From positions 1-30,977 of IMG/VR virus record IMGVR_UViG_3300006033_000083: DNA of 30,977 bases. One strand, 5' to 3'. This stretch comes from a virus. Lineage: Duplodnaviria; Caudoviricetes. Every line of letters begins with the position of its first letter. The stretch's first letter is position 1. This document shows positions 1 through 8,602 of the stretch, piece after piece. The notes below the pieces were generated by a model. It was not told the DNA's origin. It saw only the letters and a program-made list of their open reading frames with translations, and ran no database searches. The position numbers and the translations under genes were made by a program.

Positions 1-93
1 GTATATAATATATTGGAGTTATTGGGTTTTTTCTGTCCCATGTTCTGACAATCTAAACGGGGACTAGATGGGGACGGTGGGACAGCCGTTTTT

Positions 94-138
94 GTTCGGA
101 TTATCCATCGTTGAGAAAATCGCAAGCAATGCTATTCT
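94..138 (+). promoter_or_regulatory. terS promoter: upstream box (94-113), -35 TTGAGA (111-116), -10 TATTCT (133-138), palindromic operator 111-125
   Basis: GTTCGGATTATCCATCGTTG followed by TTGAGA-16 nt-TATTCT with TG before the -10; TTGAGAAAATCGCAA overlaps the -35; predicted +1 coincides with ATG 145 (no SD visible). Confidence 0.65.
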
Positions 139-144
139 GATGGC

Positions 145-693
145 ATGGCACTTAACCCAAAGCACAGGCTGTTCGTTGAACGATACCTCATTTGTCGCAA
201 TGGCAAGCAGGCGGCAATTGAAGCTGGTTATAGCGCGAAGTCCGCAGAACAGCAGGCTGTTGCCATCATGAAGTACCCTGAAGTTGCTAAGGCTATTGCT
301 GAGGGGATGGCTGAAGTTGCGCGGGAAGCCAAGATTGACGCGGCGTGGGTGCTCAAGCGTTTGGCCGCTGAAGCTGAGGCCGATATTTCTGACCTGTACG
401 ACGAAACCGGTGCAATCAAACCGCCAAGCCAATGGCCGCTAATCTGGCGTCAGGGCTTAGTGCAGGGCATCGACACGTTCGAGGAGCGCGACAAGCAGGG
501 CAACCTGATTGGCTACACGCGCAAGATCAAGCTTGATAGTCGCATCAAGCGCACTGAGCTGCTTGGTAAGCACGTTGCTGTACAAGCGTTCAAAGAACAA
601 ATCGAGCACAGCGGAACCGTTGCCCTTGCTGACCGCATTGCAAAGGCGCGTGCTCGTGCAAAAGCTGCCGAGGGTGAGGATGATGATGCTTAA
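145..693 (+). CDS. terS: Terminase small subunit
   Basis: LNPKHRLFVERYLICRNGKQAAIEAGYSAKSAEQQA is the typical Terminase_2 HTH N-terminus; lies upstream of terL. Confidence 0.9.
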   Translation: MALNPKHRLFVERYLICRNGKQAAIEAGYSAKSAEQQAVAIMKYPEVAKAIAEGMAEVAREAKIDAAWVLKRLAAEAEADISDLYDETGAIKPPSQWPLIWRQGLVQGIDTFEERDKQGNLIGYTRKIKLDSRIKRTELLGKHVAVQAFKEQIEHSGTVALADRIAKARARAKAAEGEDDDA

Positions 694-778
694 AGACCTA
701 TTGCTCGTAACCGCTGGCACCGTCGCTGTGCTGGCCATCATCGTCATCGGCATGCTGATTGGTGCCGCATTCGTATAG
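686..778 (+). CDS. Small single-pass membrane protein (about 30 aa)
   Basis: MLKDLLLVTAGTVAVLAIIVIGMLIGAAFV; GAGG SD at 676-679; overlaps terS stop and ends 3 nt before terL. Confidence 0.5.
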   Translation: MLKDLLLVTAGTVAVLAIIVIGMLIGAAFV

Positions 779-781
779 CCC

Positions 782-2245
782 ATGGCGGTTGACCCCGAGC
801 AGCAGCTAATCGAAGACATCGCGCGCTATACCCACGACCCTCGTGGCTTTGTGCGTTATGCTTACCCATGGGGCGAAGGCGAGCTGTCGAACAGCAATGG
901 CCCACGCGAGTGGCAGGATGACATCCTTGGCGTCATCGGCAAGCACTTGCGCAATAAGGCAACACGGCACCAGCCTCTTCTCATCTCAGTCGCATCCGGC
1001 CACGGCATTGGCAAGTCAGCGCTCATCGGGCAGGTGACGCACTGGGGCATGTCTACCTGCGAAGACTGCAAGGTGGTCGTTACGGCGAACACCGAGAAGC
1101 AGCTCATGACAAAGACCTGGCCTGAGATCACCAAGTGGTTCAGGCTTGGCGAGAACAACCACTGGTTCAAACCCACAGCGACCGCAATCTTCTCGACCGA
1201 CCCGCAGCATGACCGCTCATGGCGCGCCGACGCTGTGCCGTGGAGCGAGAACAACACCGAGGCGTTCGCTGGTCTTCACAACGAGGGCAAGCGCATCATC
1301 CTCATTTTCGACGAAGGCTCAGCAATCGCTGACAAGGTGTGGGAGGTGGCAGAAGGCGCGCTGACCGACGAGGGCACCGAAATCATCTGGATTGCATTTG
1401 GTAACCCAACACGGGCAACTGGTCGCTTCCGTGAGTGCTTCCGCAGATGGAAGCACCGATGGGTGAACAGGCAGATCGACAGCCGCACGGTCGATGGCAC
1501 GAACAAGGTGCAGATCGCCAAGTGGGTTGAGGATTACGGCGAAGACTCAGACTTTGTGAAGGTGCGTGTTCGCGGCGTATTCCCCTCGATGTCAGCCAAG
1601 CAGTTCATCTCCGAAGCCGATGTGGATGCAGCATTTGGCCGCTTCCTACGCAAAGAGCAATACGACTTCGCGCCGGTCATTCTCGGCGTTGACCCTGCAT
1701 GGTCTGGTGATGACGAGCTGGTGATTGTCAAGCGTCAGGGTCTTTTTAGCGAGGTTCTTCTCACCATGCCGAAGAACGACAACGATGTGCATGTGGCCAA
1801 CATTCTCGCCCGCTTGCAAGACGAGCACAAAGCTCAGGCCGTGTTTGTCGATGGCGGCTATGGCACTGGCATCGTGTCAGCAGGCAGCACCATGGGGCGT
1901 GGCTGGCAAATCGTCTGGTTCTCGGGCAAGCCGACCAGCGCCGGCTACCTGAACAAGCGTGCTGAAATGTGGGGCGAGATGCGCGACTGGCTGAAGTCTG
2001 GCGGTGCAATACCCAAAGACAACGTGCTGCGCGACGACCTGACCGGCATTGAAACCGTGCCGCGCATGGACGGCAAGATTCAGCTTGAGCCAAAAGAGGC
2101 GCTCAAAGACCGCGGCCTTCCGTCGCCCAACCGAGCTGATGCCTTAGCACTGACGTTTGCATTCCCTGTGCTTGCTCAGTCGGTGTACGGCGCAGCGCCA
2201 CGCACTCAGTCGCGGCGACCTGACTACGACCCGTTCGCTGTGTAG
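782..2245 (+). CDS. terL: Terminase large subunit
   Basis: Walker A SGHGIGKS, Walker B ILIFDEGS, coupling motif GNPTR, RNase H-like nuclease GVDPA and terminal SPNRADALALTF. Confidence 0.95.
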   Translation: MAVDPEQQLIEDIARYTHDPRGFVRYAYPWGEGELSNSNGPREWQDDILGVIGKHLRNKATRHQPLLISVASGHGIGKSALIGQVTHWGMSTCEDCKVVVTANTEKQLMTKTWPEITKWFRLGENNHWFKPTATAIFSTDPQHDRSWRADAVPWSENNTEAFAGLHNEGKRIILIFDEGSAIADKVWEVAEGALTDEGTEIIWIAFGNPTRATGRFRECFRRWKHRWVNRQIDSRTVDGTNKVQIAKWVEDYGEDSDFVKVRVRGVFPSMSAKQFISEADVDAAFGRFLRKEQYDFAPVILGVDPAWSGDDELVIVKRQGLFSEVLLTMPKNDNDVHVANILARLQDEHKAQAVFVDGGYGTGIVSAGSTMGRGWQIVWFSGKPTSAGYLNKRAEMWGEMRDWLKSGGAIPKDNVLRDDLTGIETVPRMDGKIQLEPKEALKDRGLPSPNRADALALTFAFPVLAQSVYGAAPRTQSRRPDYDPFAV

Positions 2246-2253
2246 CCATCAAT

Positions 2254-2312
2254 GTTAGGAATATCCTGCGTTGTTGCCTTGCCGCAATTCTGGCATATTG
2301 AGGAAATCGCAA
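2254..2312 (+). promoter_or_regulatory. Late promoter with upstream box (2254-2273), -35 TTGTTG, -10 CATATT (2294-2299), operator 2298-2312
   Basis: GTTAGGAATATCCTGCGTTG, 17-nt spacer, TTGAGGAAATCGCAA; same geometry as 5824-5882. Confidence 0.6.
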
Positions 2313-2322
2313 CGGAGCATGC

Positions 2323-2628
2323 ATGTACAATCGTTCAATTAACGCACTCGTCATCGGCTACATCCTGACGCTTTTGCTCATCGTTATCTCGGGTTGGCTT
2401 CTTGGCCGCCGCATCGACGCGGGCATTATCCCTGGCATCTTTGGCGTCTTGTCGCTGGCCAGCGCGTACATGCACGAAGAGCTTTACACGAAGCTCATGG
2501 CATACAGCGAAGAGAAGGGCGAAGAGTACGAGAAGCTCTACGGCCTTTGGCGCTTATCGCAAACACTGCCAGCGCTCTCGGTAGCTGCCGGCTACCTGAC
2601 CGCAATCATCGTAATCCTTGGAGTTTAG
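2323..2628 (+). CDS. Hypothetical membrane protein (about 3 TM helices)
   Basis: GGAG SD upstream; hydrophobic segments ALVIGYILTLLLIVISGWLL, IIPGIFGVLSLASAYM, LSVAAGYLTAIIVILGV. Confidence 0.7.
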   Translation: MYNRSINALVIGYILTLLLIVISGWLLGRRIDAGIIPGIFGVLSLASAYMHEELYTKLMAYSEEKGEEYEKLYGLWRLSQTLPALSVAAGYLTAIIVILGV

Positions 2629-2630
2629 CT

Positions 2631-2849
2631 ATGTGCATGTTCTCTGCGCCCGCCGCGCCCCCGCCACCGCCTGAACCTGTAAAGCCGCCCGCACCGCCGA
2701 AGCAGGCTGATGAAGCCGTGCAGCGCGCACGTACCGATGAACGTAGCCGTGCTCGTGCAGCAGCAGGTTCGGCATCAACCGTCGCCACTAGCCCCATGGG
2801 TGTGACCGGCGAAGCAAACACGATGCAAAAGAAACTTATCGGACAGTAG
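2631..2849 (+). CDS. Small pre-portal virion protein (T7 gp6.7-like), starts MCMFSAPAAPPPPP
   Basis: GGAG SD at 2620-2623, ATG 2631; Met-Cys start, Pro-rich N-terminus, KKLIGQ C-terminus, position before portal. Confidence 0.7.
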   Translation: MCMFSAPAAPPPPPEPVKPPAPPKQADEAVQRARTDERSRARAAAGSASTVATSPMGVTGEANTMQKKLIGQ

Positions 2850-2858
2850 GGGCAAGCC

Positions 2859-3374
2859 ATGGCAACGAGCGCAAGCGGAACATTCACGGCGGCAGGCGCA
2901 TCGGCGCTTGTCACAGTCTACCCTGGCCAATTCGTAGACCTAACGCTTTCAGGCACCTATGCGGGTCTGAAGGTTGTTGTCGAGCGTGGCACCAGCCTCA
3001 ACGTATGGGACAAGGTGAACGAATACGCTGTGGACACTACGGCCACACTGTACGCCAACGACATCAACGAGCCGACGAACTACCGCCTCCGCGCGCTGGT
3101 CACTGACCCTGAAGAAGAAGAAGATGAGATTACGTACACGCTGACTGCGCGTGCGATGACGATCAGCGAAACCAAAGACCGCTTTGGTAACACGGTTGCC
3201 ACTGTTGGTGATGACCGCATTGCCATCGAGCTGCCGCTTGAGCTGCCGGTTTACACCGTGGCCACGCAGCCGGACGCAACCGAGTTCGCTGGCTGCATTG
3301 CATACTTCTCTGATGGTGACGCGGGTAGCGCGTGCATTGCTGTTTCTCTCGGCTCCGCGATTGCGGCTGAGTAG
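2859..3374 (+). CDS. Hypothetical beta-rich virion/decoration protein
   Basis: Fills the gap with an SD; Thr/Ala/Val-rich; LSGTYAG..VVVERG....W pattern similar to 5464-5814. Confidence 0.6.
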   Translation: MATSASGTFTAAGASALVTVYPGQFVDLTLSGTYAGLKVVVERGTSLNVWDKVNEYAVDTTATLYANDINEPTNYRLRALVTDPEEEEDEITYTLTARAMTISETKDRFGNTVATVGDDRIAIELPLELPVYTVATQPDATEFAGCIAYFSDGDAGSACIAVSLGSAIAAE

Positions 3375-3384
3375 GTGGTAATGA

Positions 3385-5088
3385 ATGGCTGACTTCAGCT
3401 ACAAATCAAAGCCTCGGCAGTATCTTGAACGCCGGCTCGAGGCGATGAAGGCTGACCGCACGCCGTGGGAATCCGACTGGAAAGATCAGCAGGACTTCAT
3501 TCTGCCGACCCGAGGCCGATGGCTGACGACTGAGGCCAACCGAGGAACCAAGCGCCCCCGTAAGATTTACGATGGCACCGCGACCTACGCGATGCGCACG
3601 CTGGCATCTGGCCTCATGGCTGGCATCACCTCGCCAGCTCGCCCGTGGTTCAAGCTGACCACGCCAGACCCCGACATGATGAAGCACGGCTCAATCAAGC
3701 TTTGGCTTGAAGAAGTCGAGAACCGCATGGCTGGGATGTTTGCGAACAGCAACGTCTACAACGTACTGTCGAATTGCTACGAGGAGCTTGGCACCTTCGG
3801 CACTGGCGTCATCATGCTGTACGAAGACCGGCAAGACATTATCCGCGGCTACGGCCTGACGATTGGTGAATACTGGCTGGCGTCTGATGACCGCGATGAA
3901 ATCAGCACGATGGTGCGTGAGATGCAGTGGACGGTAGGGCAGGCAGCCCGCCGCTTTGGCGTTGAGAAGCTCTCGCGTTCGGCCCGCAATCTCTACAACC
4001 GTGGCCAGCTCGATTCGACGCTAGTTGTCTGCCACATGATCGAACCGAATGACGAGTTCATGCCTGGCCTATTCGGCTGGCGTGGCAAACCGTGGCGCTC
4101 GATCTGGTGGGAGCAAGGCTCGAACGCAGACGAAATTCTCGCGACCGAGGGCTTCGACAGCAAACCATTCATGTGCCCGCGATGGAAAGTCATTGGCCGT
4201 GATGCATATGGGACGGGACACCCAGGCAGTGACGTGCTTGGCGATGCCATCTCGCTGCAAGCCATGACAAAGAAAAAGGCGCGCGCGGTTGACAAGCAAA
4301 TTGACCCTGCGGTGAACCTGCCTGGCGCGATGAAGCACGGCGGGGCTGCATACTCGCTCGACCCTGGCACACAGAATTTCGTTGACGGTATGGGGCAGGG
4401 CGTGAACGCAACGCCGGCGCAGACCGTGCAGCCGAACCTTCAGCATTTTGTGGCTGACATTCAGGAAGTGCAGCAGCGCATCGAGCACGGATGCTACAAA
4501 GACCTGTTCCTGATGCTTCACCAAATGGAGCGAGGGCAAATCACCGCGACTGAAATCATCGAGCGCAAAGCTGAGAAGCTTATCGGCCTCGGCCCTGTGG
4601 TTGAGCGCCTGAACGACGAGGTGCTTGAGCCGCTTATTGATCGCTCGTTTGATGTGATGATGACCGCGCAGGATATGGACGGCAACCCCATGCTAGTGTC
4701 GCCGCCGCCGCCTGAGCTGCAAGACGTGAAGCTTGAGGTGCAATTCCTCTCGATCTTCCGTCAGGCGCAGGAGCAAGAAGAAGTGACCCGCACCATTGGC
4801 TATGTGCAGAACCTTGCGCTGATGGCGCAGGCCACTGGCAACCCCGATGTGATGGATAATCTTGATGCTGATGAAGCTGCGCAGATTCTCGGCAACAAGG
4901 GTGGCGCGCCTGTTCGCATCATCACGCCGGTCGAAAAGCGCGATGCAATTCGCGAAGGCCGCGCGCAGCAGCAGCAGCAAATGGAACAGCAGGTGCAGGC
5001 CGCACAGGCAGTGGAAGCCGCGAAGGCTTTAAGTGAAACGCAAATCAACCCGCAGCAGAACGCTCTGGGTGCAATGTTGGGAGTGTAG
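3385..5088 (+). CDS. Portal (head-to-tail connector) protein
   Basis: 567 aa; [42 protein letters not shown] and Gln-rich C-terminus typical of T7/BPP-1-type connectors. Confidence 0.93.
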   Translation: MADFSYKSKPRQYLERRLEAMKADRTPWESDWKDQQDFILPTRGRWLTTEANRGTKRPRKIYDGTATYAMRTLASGLMAGITSPARPWFKLTTPDPDMMKHGSIKLWLEEVENRMAGMFANSNVYNVLSNCYEELGTFGTGVIMLYEDRQDIIRGYGLTIGEYWLASDDRDEISTMVREMQWTVGQAARRFGVEKLSRSARNLYNRGQLDSTLVVCHMIEPNDEFMPGLFGWRGKPWRSIWWEQGSNADEILATEGFDSKPFMCPRWKVIGRDAYGTGHPGSDVLGDAISLQAMTKKKARAVDKQIDPAVNLPGAMKHGGAAYSLDPGTQNFVDGMGQGVNATPAQTVQPNLQHFVADIQEVQQRIEHGCYKDLFLMLHQMERGQITATEIIERKAEKLIGLGPVVERLNDEVLEPLIDRSFDVMMTAQDMDGNPMLVSPPPPELQDVKLEVQFLSIFRQAQEQEEVTRTIGYVQNLALMAQATGNPDVMDNLDADEAAQILGNKGGAPVRIITPVEKRDAIREGRAQQQQQMEQQVQAAQAVEAAKALSETQINPQQNALGAMLGV

Positions 5089-5462
5089 TTATGTGCGTAG
5101 CAGGCAATAACTCAGCGCCCCCACCTCCACCGCCGGCTTCCTCAGCTAAGCCTGAGTCATTAGAGTCTGGTATGATTGAGAAAGGTAACATAGACCTGAA
5201 CGCACGCCCGATTGCTAAGAACAGCGACGGCTCAATAAGCACAGTGCGGTCGATTTCTATTGGGACTGACGAGGGTGAGATACTCATACCGACAGTCAGC
5301 GATGATGGTCGTGTCGTGTCGAATAAAGAGGCCATCGAGATGTTTAAGAAAACTGGCAAGCATCTCGGTAAATTTAGAACGCCAAGTGCAGCGACGGCAT
5401 ACGCCAACCGCTTGCATGAGAGTCAAGCAAAACAATATGCGAAGTAGATTGGGAGTGTAGTT
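5077..5462 (+). repeat. 14-bp direct repeat TTGGGAGTGTAGTT (5077-5090 and 5449-5462) flanking gene 5091-5447
   Basis: Exact duplicate containing the SD; each copy directly precedes an ATG. Confidence 0.85.
5091..5447 (+). CDS. Met-Cys/polyproline-leader protein with a small globular domain of a type seen in phage virion proteins
   Basis: [15 protein letters not shown] then GNIDLNARP...[12 protein letters not shown]...EILIPTV..DG...TGKHLGKF...AYANRLH; SD GGGAG; more A/T-ending codons than neighbours. Confidence 0.75.
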   Translation: MCVAGNNSAPPPPPPASSAKPESLESGMIEKGNIDLNARPIAKNSDGSISTVRSISIGTDEGEILIPTVSDDGRVVSNKEAIEMFKKTGKHLGKFRTPSAATAYANRLHESQAKQYAK

Positions 5463-5463
5463 T

Positions 5464-5814
5464 ATGGCAACAGTAGCAGGCGTCGCGCAAGACCTTGGCT
5501 TTGGCGCAATGAAAGTTCTTTGGGAAACGATCACGAACGCGAACTCTGATGGTTCGCCGGTTGCGGCTTCGTCGTTTGCGCATGCGAGCGTACAGGTGAC
5601 TGGCACGTTCGGTGGTGCTACCTGCACGATTCAGGCGAGCAATGACGGTTCAAACTGGGTGACGGCAACCGACCAGGCTGGCGCTGCTGTAACATTCACC
5701 TCTGCTGGCTTGAAGCACGTCTACACTAAGGCTGCATTCATTCGCCCGCTGCTATCTGGCGGTTCCGGCTCTGACCTTGATGTGACTTTAGTCGCCGTTA
5801 AGCAAAACCACTAA
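5464..5814 (+). CDS. Hypothetical beta-sandwich virion protein
   Basis: SVQVTGTFGGATCTIQASNDGSNW pattern; SD upstream; head-gene context. Confidence 0.65.
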   Translation: MATVAGVAQDLGFGAMKVLWETITNANSDGSPVAASSFAHASVQVTGTFGGATCTIQASNDGSNWVTATDQAGAAVTFTSAGLKHVYTKAAFIRPLLSGGSGSDLDVTLVAVKQNH

Positions 5815-5823
5815 TGGCTGTAC

Positions 5824-5882
5824 GTTCAGAATATCCTGCGTTGTGAGCGCGCTTCTTGTTTGATATGTTGAGATAATCGCAA
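5824..5882 (+). promoter_or_regulatory. Head-operon promoter: upstream box (5824-5843), -35 TTGTGA, -10 TATGTT (5864-5869), operator 5868-5882
   Basis: GTTCAGAATATCCTGCGTTG; 17-nt spacer; TTGAGATAATCGCAA whose last base is the A of ATG 5882. Confidence 0.7.
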
Positions 5883-6175
5883 TGGCTGAGATTGAACACG
5901 TTGATGAAGACAAGGCTAGGCGGCGCAAAGAAACCGAAGCGCAAAAAAAGAAGCGCTTGGCGGTTGCCGTTTCAGAGGTCTTGGCATCGGAGTCTGGCCG
6001 TACAGTTCTGGGGGAGTTCCTCAAGCTGTGCCAGCTCGAAAACATCAACGCGTTTGAAGGCGCAGCATCCGGTCGCGTCGAAGGGGCGCGCGCTGTGGGG
6101 CTGATGGCTACTCGAATCCTGCGCGATAACGACCCGCAAGGGTTCATGAAACTATATAGAGAGATGTATCTATGA
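5882..6175 (+). CDS. Bbp19-like small head-region protein
   Basis: VLASESGRTVL...EGARAVGL motif and position between portal and scaffold as in BPP-1-like phages. Confidence 0.7.
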   Translation: MAEIEHVDEDKARRRKETEAQKKKRLAVAVSEVLASESGRTVLGEFLKLCQLENINAFEGAASGRVEGARAVGLMATRILRDNDPQGFMKLYREMYL

Positions 6176-6855
6176 CCGTAGCCGCAGCAGCAGACACAAC
6201 CGCAACCGAGCAAGTCACAGAAGCAACCGAGGCCACTGAAGCCGCTGATGATCTTCTTGGCGATGCCGCTGGTGCTGAAGGTGCTGAAGACGCTGGCGCG
6301 AAAAAGACTGAGAGCGCTGACGATGGCGACGACCTGCTTGATGGCAAGGTTGGCGAAGAAGAGAAGCCTGAAGCCGCAGCCGATGGTGCTGACGAATACG
6401 GTGAGTTCACCATTCCCGAGGGCTATGAGGCTGACGCTGAGCTGGCCGATATTAGCAAGCCCATCTTCAAAGAGCTGGGGCTGAACAAAGACCAGGCGCA
6501 AGGTCTGGTCGAAAAGCTTGGGCCGCAAATCCTCTCCAAGGTTGGTGAGAAGATGGCGGCGCAGTGGAAGGCCACACAAAAACAGTGGGCCGCTGATGCC
6601 AAAAAGGATGCCGATATTTTCGACGCATCGGCAAAGGCTGTGCGCCCCGAGGTGGCTGTAGGCCGTGACTATTTAGGCGCTGACTTCTCGGCGGCAATCA
6701 AACAGCTAGGCGGGAATAACCATCCCGCTGTGCTCAAGGCACTCGCAAAAGTTGGCCAGGCTCTACGCGAGGACACTCCAGGTTTCGGCAAGCCAGCGGC
6801 TAAAGCCAAGACCGCGGAGCAACGACTCTATCCAAACGATCAACCAAAAAGTTAA
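6172..6855 (+). CDS. Capsid assembly scaffolding protein
   Basis: Acidic Ala-rich N-terminus, FKELGLNKDQAQGL, GNNHPAVLKALAKVGQALRED, C-terminal RLYP; immediately before capsid. Confidence 0.8.
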   Translation: MTVAAAADTTATEQVTEATEATEAADDLLGDAAGAEGAEDAGAKKTESADDGDDLLDGKVGEEEKPEAAADGADEYGEFTIPEGYEADAELADISKPIFKELGLNKDQAQGLVEKLGPQILSKVGEKMAAQWKATQKQWAADAKKDADIFDASAKAVRPEVAVGRDYLGADFSAAIKQLGGNNHPAVLKALAKVGQALREDTPGFGKPAAKAKTAEQRLYPNDQPKS

Positions 6856-6865
6856 GGAGTAAGTG

Positions 6866-7855
6866 ATGGCCACTTTAACCGCCAGCAACCTGACCCTTCT
6901 CGACATCGCGAAGCAGACCGACCCTGATGGTGGCATTGCTGATGTTGTTGAGGTTCTCGCTAAACAAAACCCAATCGTTGAAGATGCGATTGCCATGGAA
7001 TGCAACATGGGCACGAAGCATCGTCACACCATCCGCACCGGTCTTCCCTCGGTTTCGTGGGGCGCTCTCTATCAGGGCATTCCTCAAAGCAAGGGCCTGA
7101 CCCAACAGGTCGATGACACCACCGGTTTCGTTGAAGCCCTGTCGAGCGTTGATAAGCGCTTGCTGGACATCTCGAAGAATCCGGCAAAGGTTCGCCTGAA
7201 CGAAGCCAGCGGCTTCCTTGAGGCAATGAACCAAGAAGTTTCGACCGGCTTCTTCTACCACGACACCGCGACGACCCCTGAGAAAATCAAGGGTCTGGCT
7301 TCGCGTTATAACACCCTGAGCAACAGCCAGGTTGTGAACGCAAGCGGTTCGGACAGCGACCTGACCTCGATCTGGTTTGTGACTTGGGGTGAGAACTTCA
7401 CCCACATGATCTACCCCGAGGGCGTGACTGCTGGCCTGAAGCGTGAAGACAAGGGCGAGCAGCGTGTTCTTGACGGAAACAACAACCCGTACTTCGTCAA
7501 AGAAGAACTGTTTACCTGGCACCTCGGCGTTGCTGTACGTGACTGGCGCTACAACGCGCGCATCGCGAACATCGACGTGAGCAATGCTCGTGGCGGCTCT
7601 GTAGACCTCTACACCTACATGCGCAATGCTTACTACAAGCTGCAATCGCGTCGCGTGGCCGGTGGCAAACAGGTCATCTACATGAACCGCGACATGCTTG
7701 AAGTTCTGGACGCGCTGGCCACCAACAAGGGCAGCTCGGACAACTTCGTGCGTCTTGAGCGTCGTGAAGTGGAAGGTCAGGAAGTGATGACCTACCGCGG
7801 CATTCCGATTCGCGAAACGGATGCGCTGCTCAACACCGAAACCGCTGTAGCGTAA
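6866..7855 (+). CDS. Major capsid protein (epsilon15 gp7/BPP-1 Bbp17-like)
   Basis: Strong SD AAGGAG 6854-6859; biased codon usage; RTGLPSVSW, WHLGVAVRDWRYNARIANID, YRGIPIRETDALLNTE. Confidence 0.92.
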   Translation: MATLTASNLTLLDIAKQTDPDGGIADVVEVLAKQNPIVEDAIAMECNMGTKHRHTIRTGLPSVSWGALYQGIPQSKGLTQQVDDTTGFVEALSSVDKRLLDISKNPAKVRLNEASGFLEAMNQEVSTGFFYHDTATTPEKIKGLASRYNTLSNSQVVNASGSDSDLTSIWFVTWGENFTHMIYPEGVTAGLKREDKGEQRVLDGNNNPYFVKEELFTWHLGVAVRDWRYNARIANIDVSNARGGSVDLYTYMRNAYYKLQSRRVAGGKQVIYMNRDMLEVLDALATNKGSSDNFVRLERREVEGQEVMTYRGIPIRETDALLNTETAVA

Positions 7856-7880
7856 CCCATCGAAGGAAAGGAATAGAACC

Positions 7881-8324
7881 ATGATCTTCGACAAGAAACT
7901 TCAACTCTCGAACGCGCAGGCCATTACGGCAAGCGCGGCCTCGACCAACGTCATCGACTTCGGTGACAACGGGCGTGTCTATGGCGCGTCGGCTGACATC
8001 AACATGGACCAAGGCAAGGGCACTCCGGTGCCGCTGCTGATCCAGGTGGTGGAAACCTTCGACACTGCTGCTGAGGATGGAACACTGACCATCGCAATCC
8101 AACTCGACAGCACTGACACGTTCACGCCTGACAAAAGCATCAGCCTTGGTACTTACACCGAGGCCGAGCTGGTGGCTGGCTTCCAGATTCCTTTCGACTA
8201 CATCCCGAAAGGTGTGAACTACCAGTACATGCGCCTGTACTACACCGTAGGCGGTGCTGGTAACTTCACTGCTGGTAAGATCACTGCGGGCGTAACTGCC
8301 GGCAACCAGACTGCGCCTCTGTAG
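7881..8324 (+). CDS. Capsid cement protein (Bbp16-like)
   Basis: MIFDKKLQLSNAQAITASAASTNVID...YMRLYYTV...FTAGKITAG; follows capsid gene. Confidence 0.85.
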   Translation: MIFDKKLQLSNAQAITASAASTNVIDFGDNGRVYGASADINMDQGKGTPVPLLIQVVETFDTAAEDGTLTIAIQLDSTDTFTPDKSISLGTYTEAELVAGFQIPFDYIPKGVNYQYMRLYYTVGGAGNFTAGKITAGVTAGNQTAPL

Positions 8325-8332
8325 AGGTTAGC

Positions 8333-8539
8333 ATGAAGGTCGTTGCAACCAGCAAAGGCTATTACGGCGGTGCCATCCGCGAGAAGGGCGAAGAGTTCGA
8401 CATTGGCGCGAACGAAAAGCTCGGCTCGTGGATGGCCCCTGTTGAGCCTATCGAGGTCAAGGCAGACAAGCCGAAGCCATCGAAAAAGGAAACGCCCAAG
8501 GTAGCCGAGCCTGAACCGGCTGCTGACGAGGTGATGTAA
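8333..8539 (+). CDS. Small hypothetical head-tail region protein
   Basis: MKVVATSKGYYGGAIREKGEEF...GSWM motif, SD GAGG, position after cement gene. Confidence 0.7.
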   Translation: MKVVATSKGYYGGAIREKGEEFDIGANEKLGSWMAPVEPIEVKADKPKPSKKETPKVAEPEPAADEVM

Positions 8540-8544
8540 TGGGT

Positions 8545-8572
8545 GGCGGGGCGTAATGCCTCGCCTCTCGTA
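8545..8572 (+). terminator. Possible weak intrinsic terminator after capsid genes
   Basis: GGCGGGGC-GTAAT-GCCTCGCC hairpin (one G-U pair) followed by a broken T-tract TCTCGTATT. Confidence 0.45.
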
Positions 8573-8587
8573 TTGAGATAATCGCAA
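8573..8587. promoter_or_regulatory. Palindromic operator TTGAGATAATCGCAA
   Basis: Identical to copy at 5868-5882; between the hairpin and the start of the tail adaptor gene. Confidence 0.75.
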
Positions 8588-8602
8588 GCCGCGGGGCGTT
8601 CT

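Noticed and set aside
2548-2562. TGGCGCTTATCGCAA, and TTCTGACAATCTAAA at 43-57, as extra operator copies
   Set aside because: Lack the otherwise invariant TTG; could be chance, so not counted
2394-2630. Long N-terminal extension of ORF 2394-2849
   Set aside because: Overlaps the membrane-protein gene; the SD-supported start is ATG 2631
5943-5949. A7 run as a programmed frameshift site
   Set aside because: Explained by Lys codons; the ORF is intact and no useful alternative frame or stimulator was seen
6875-7894. 339-aa minus-strand ORF
   Set aside because: Antisense shadow of the codon-biased capsid gene; no motifs or SD
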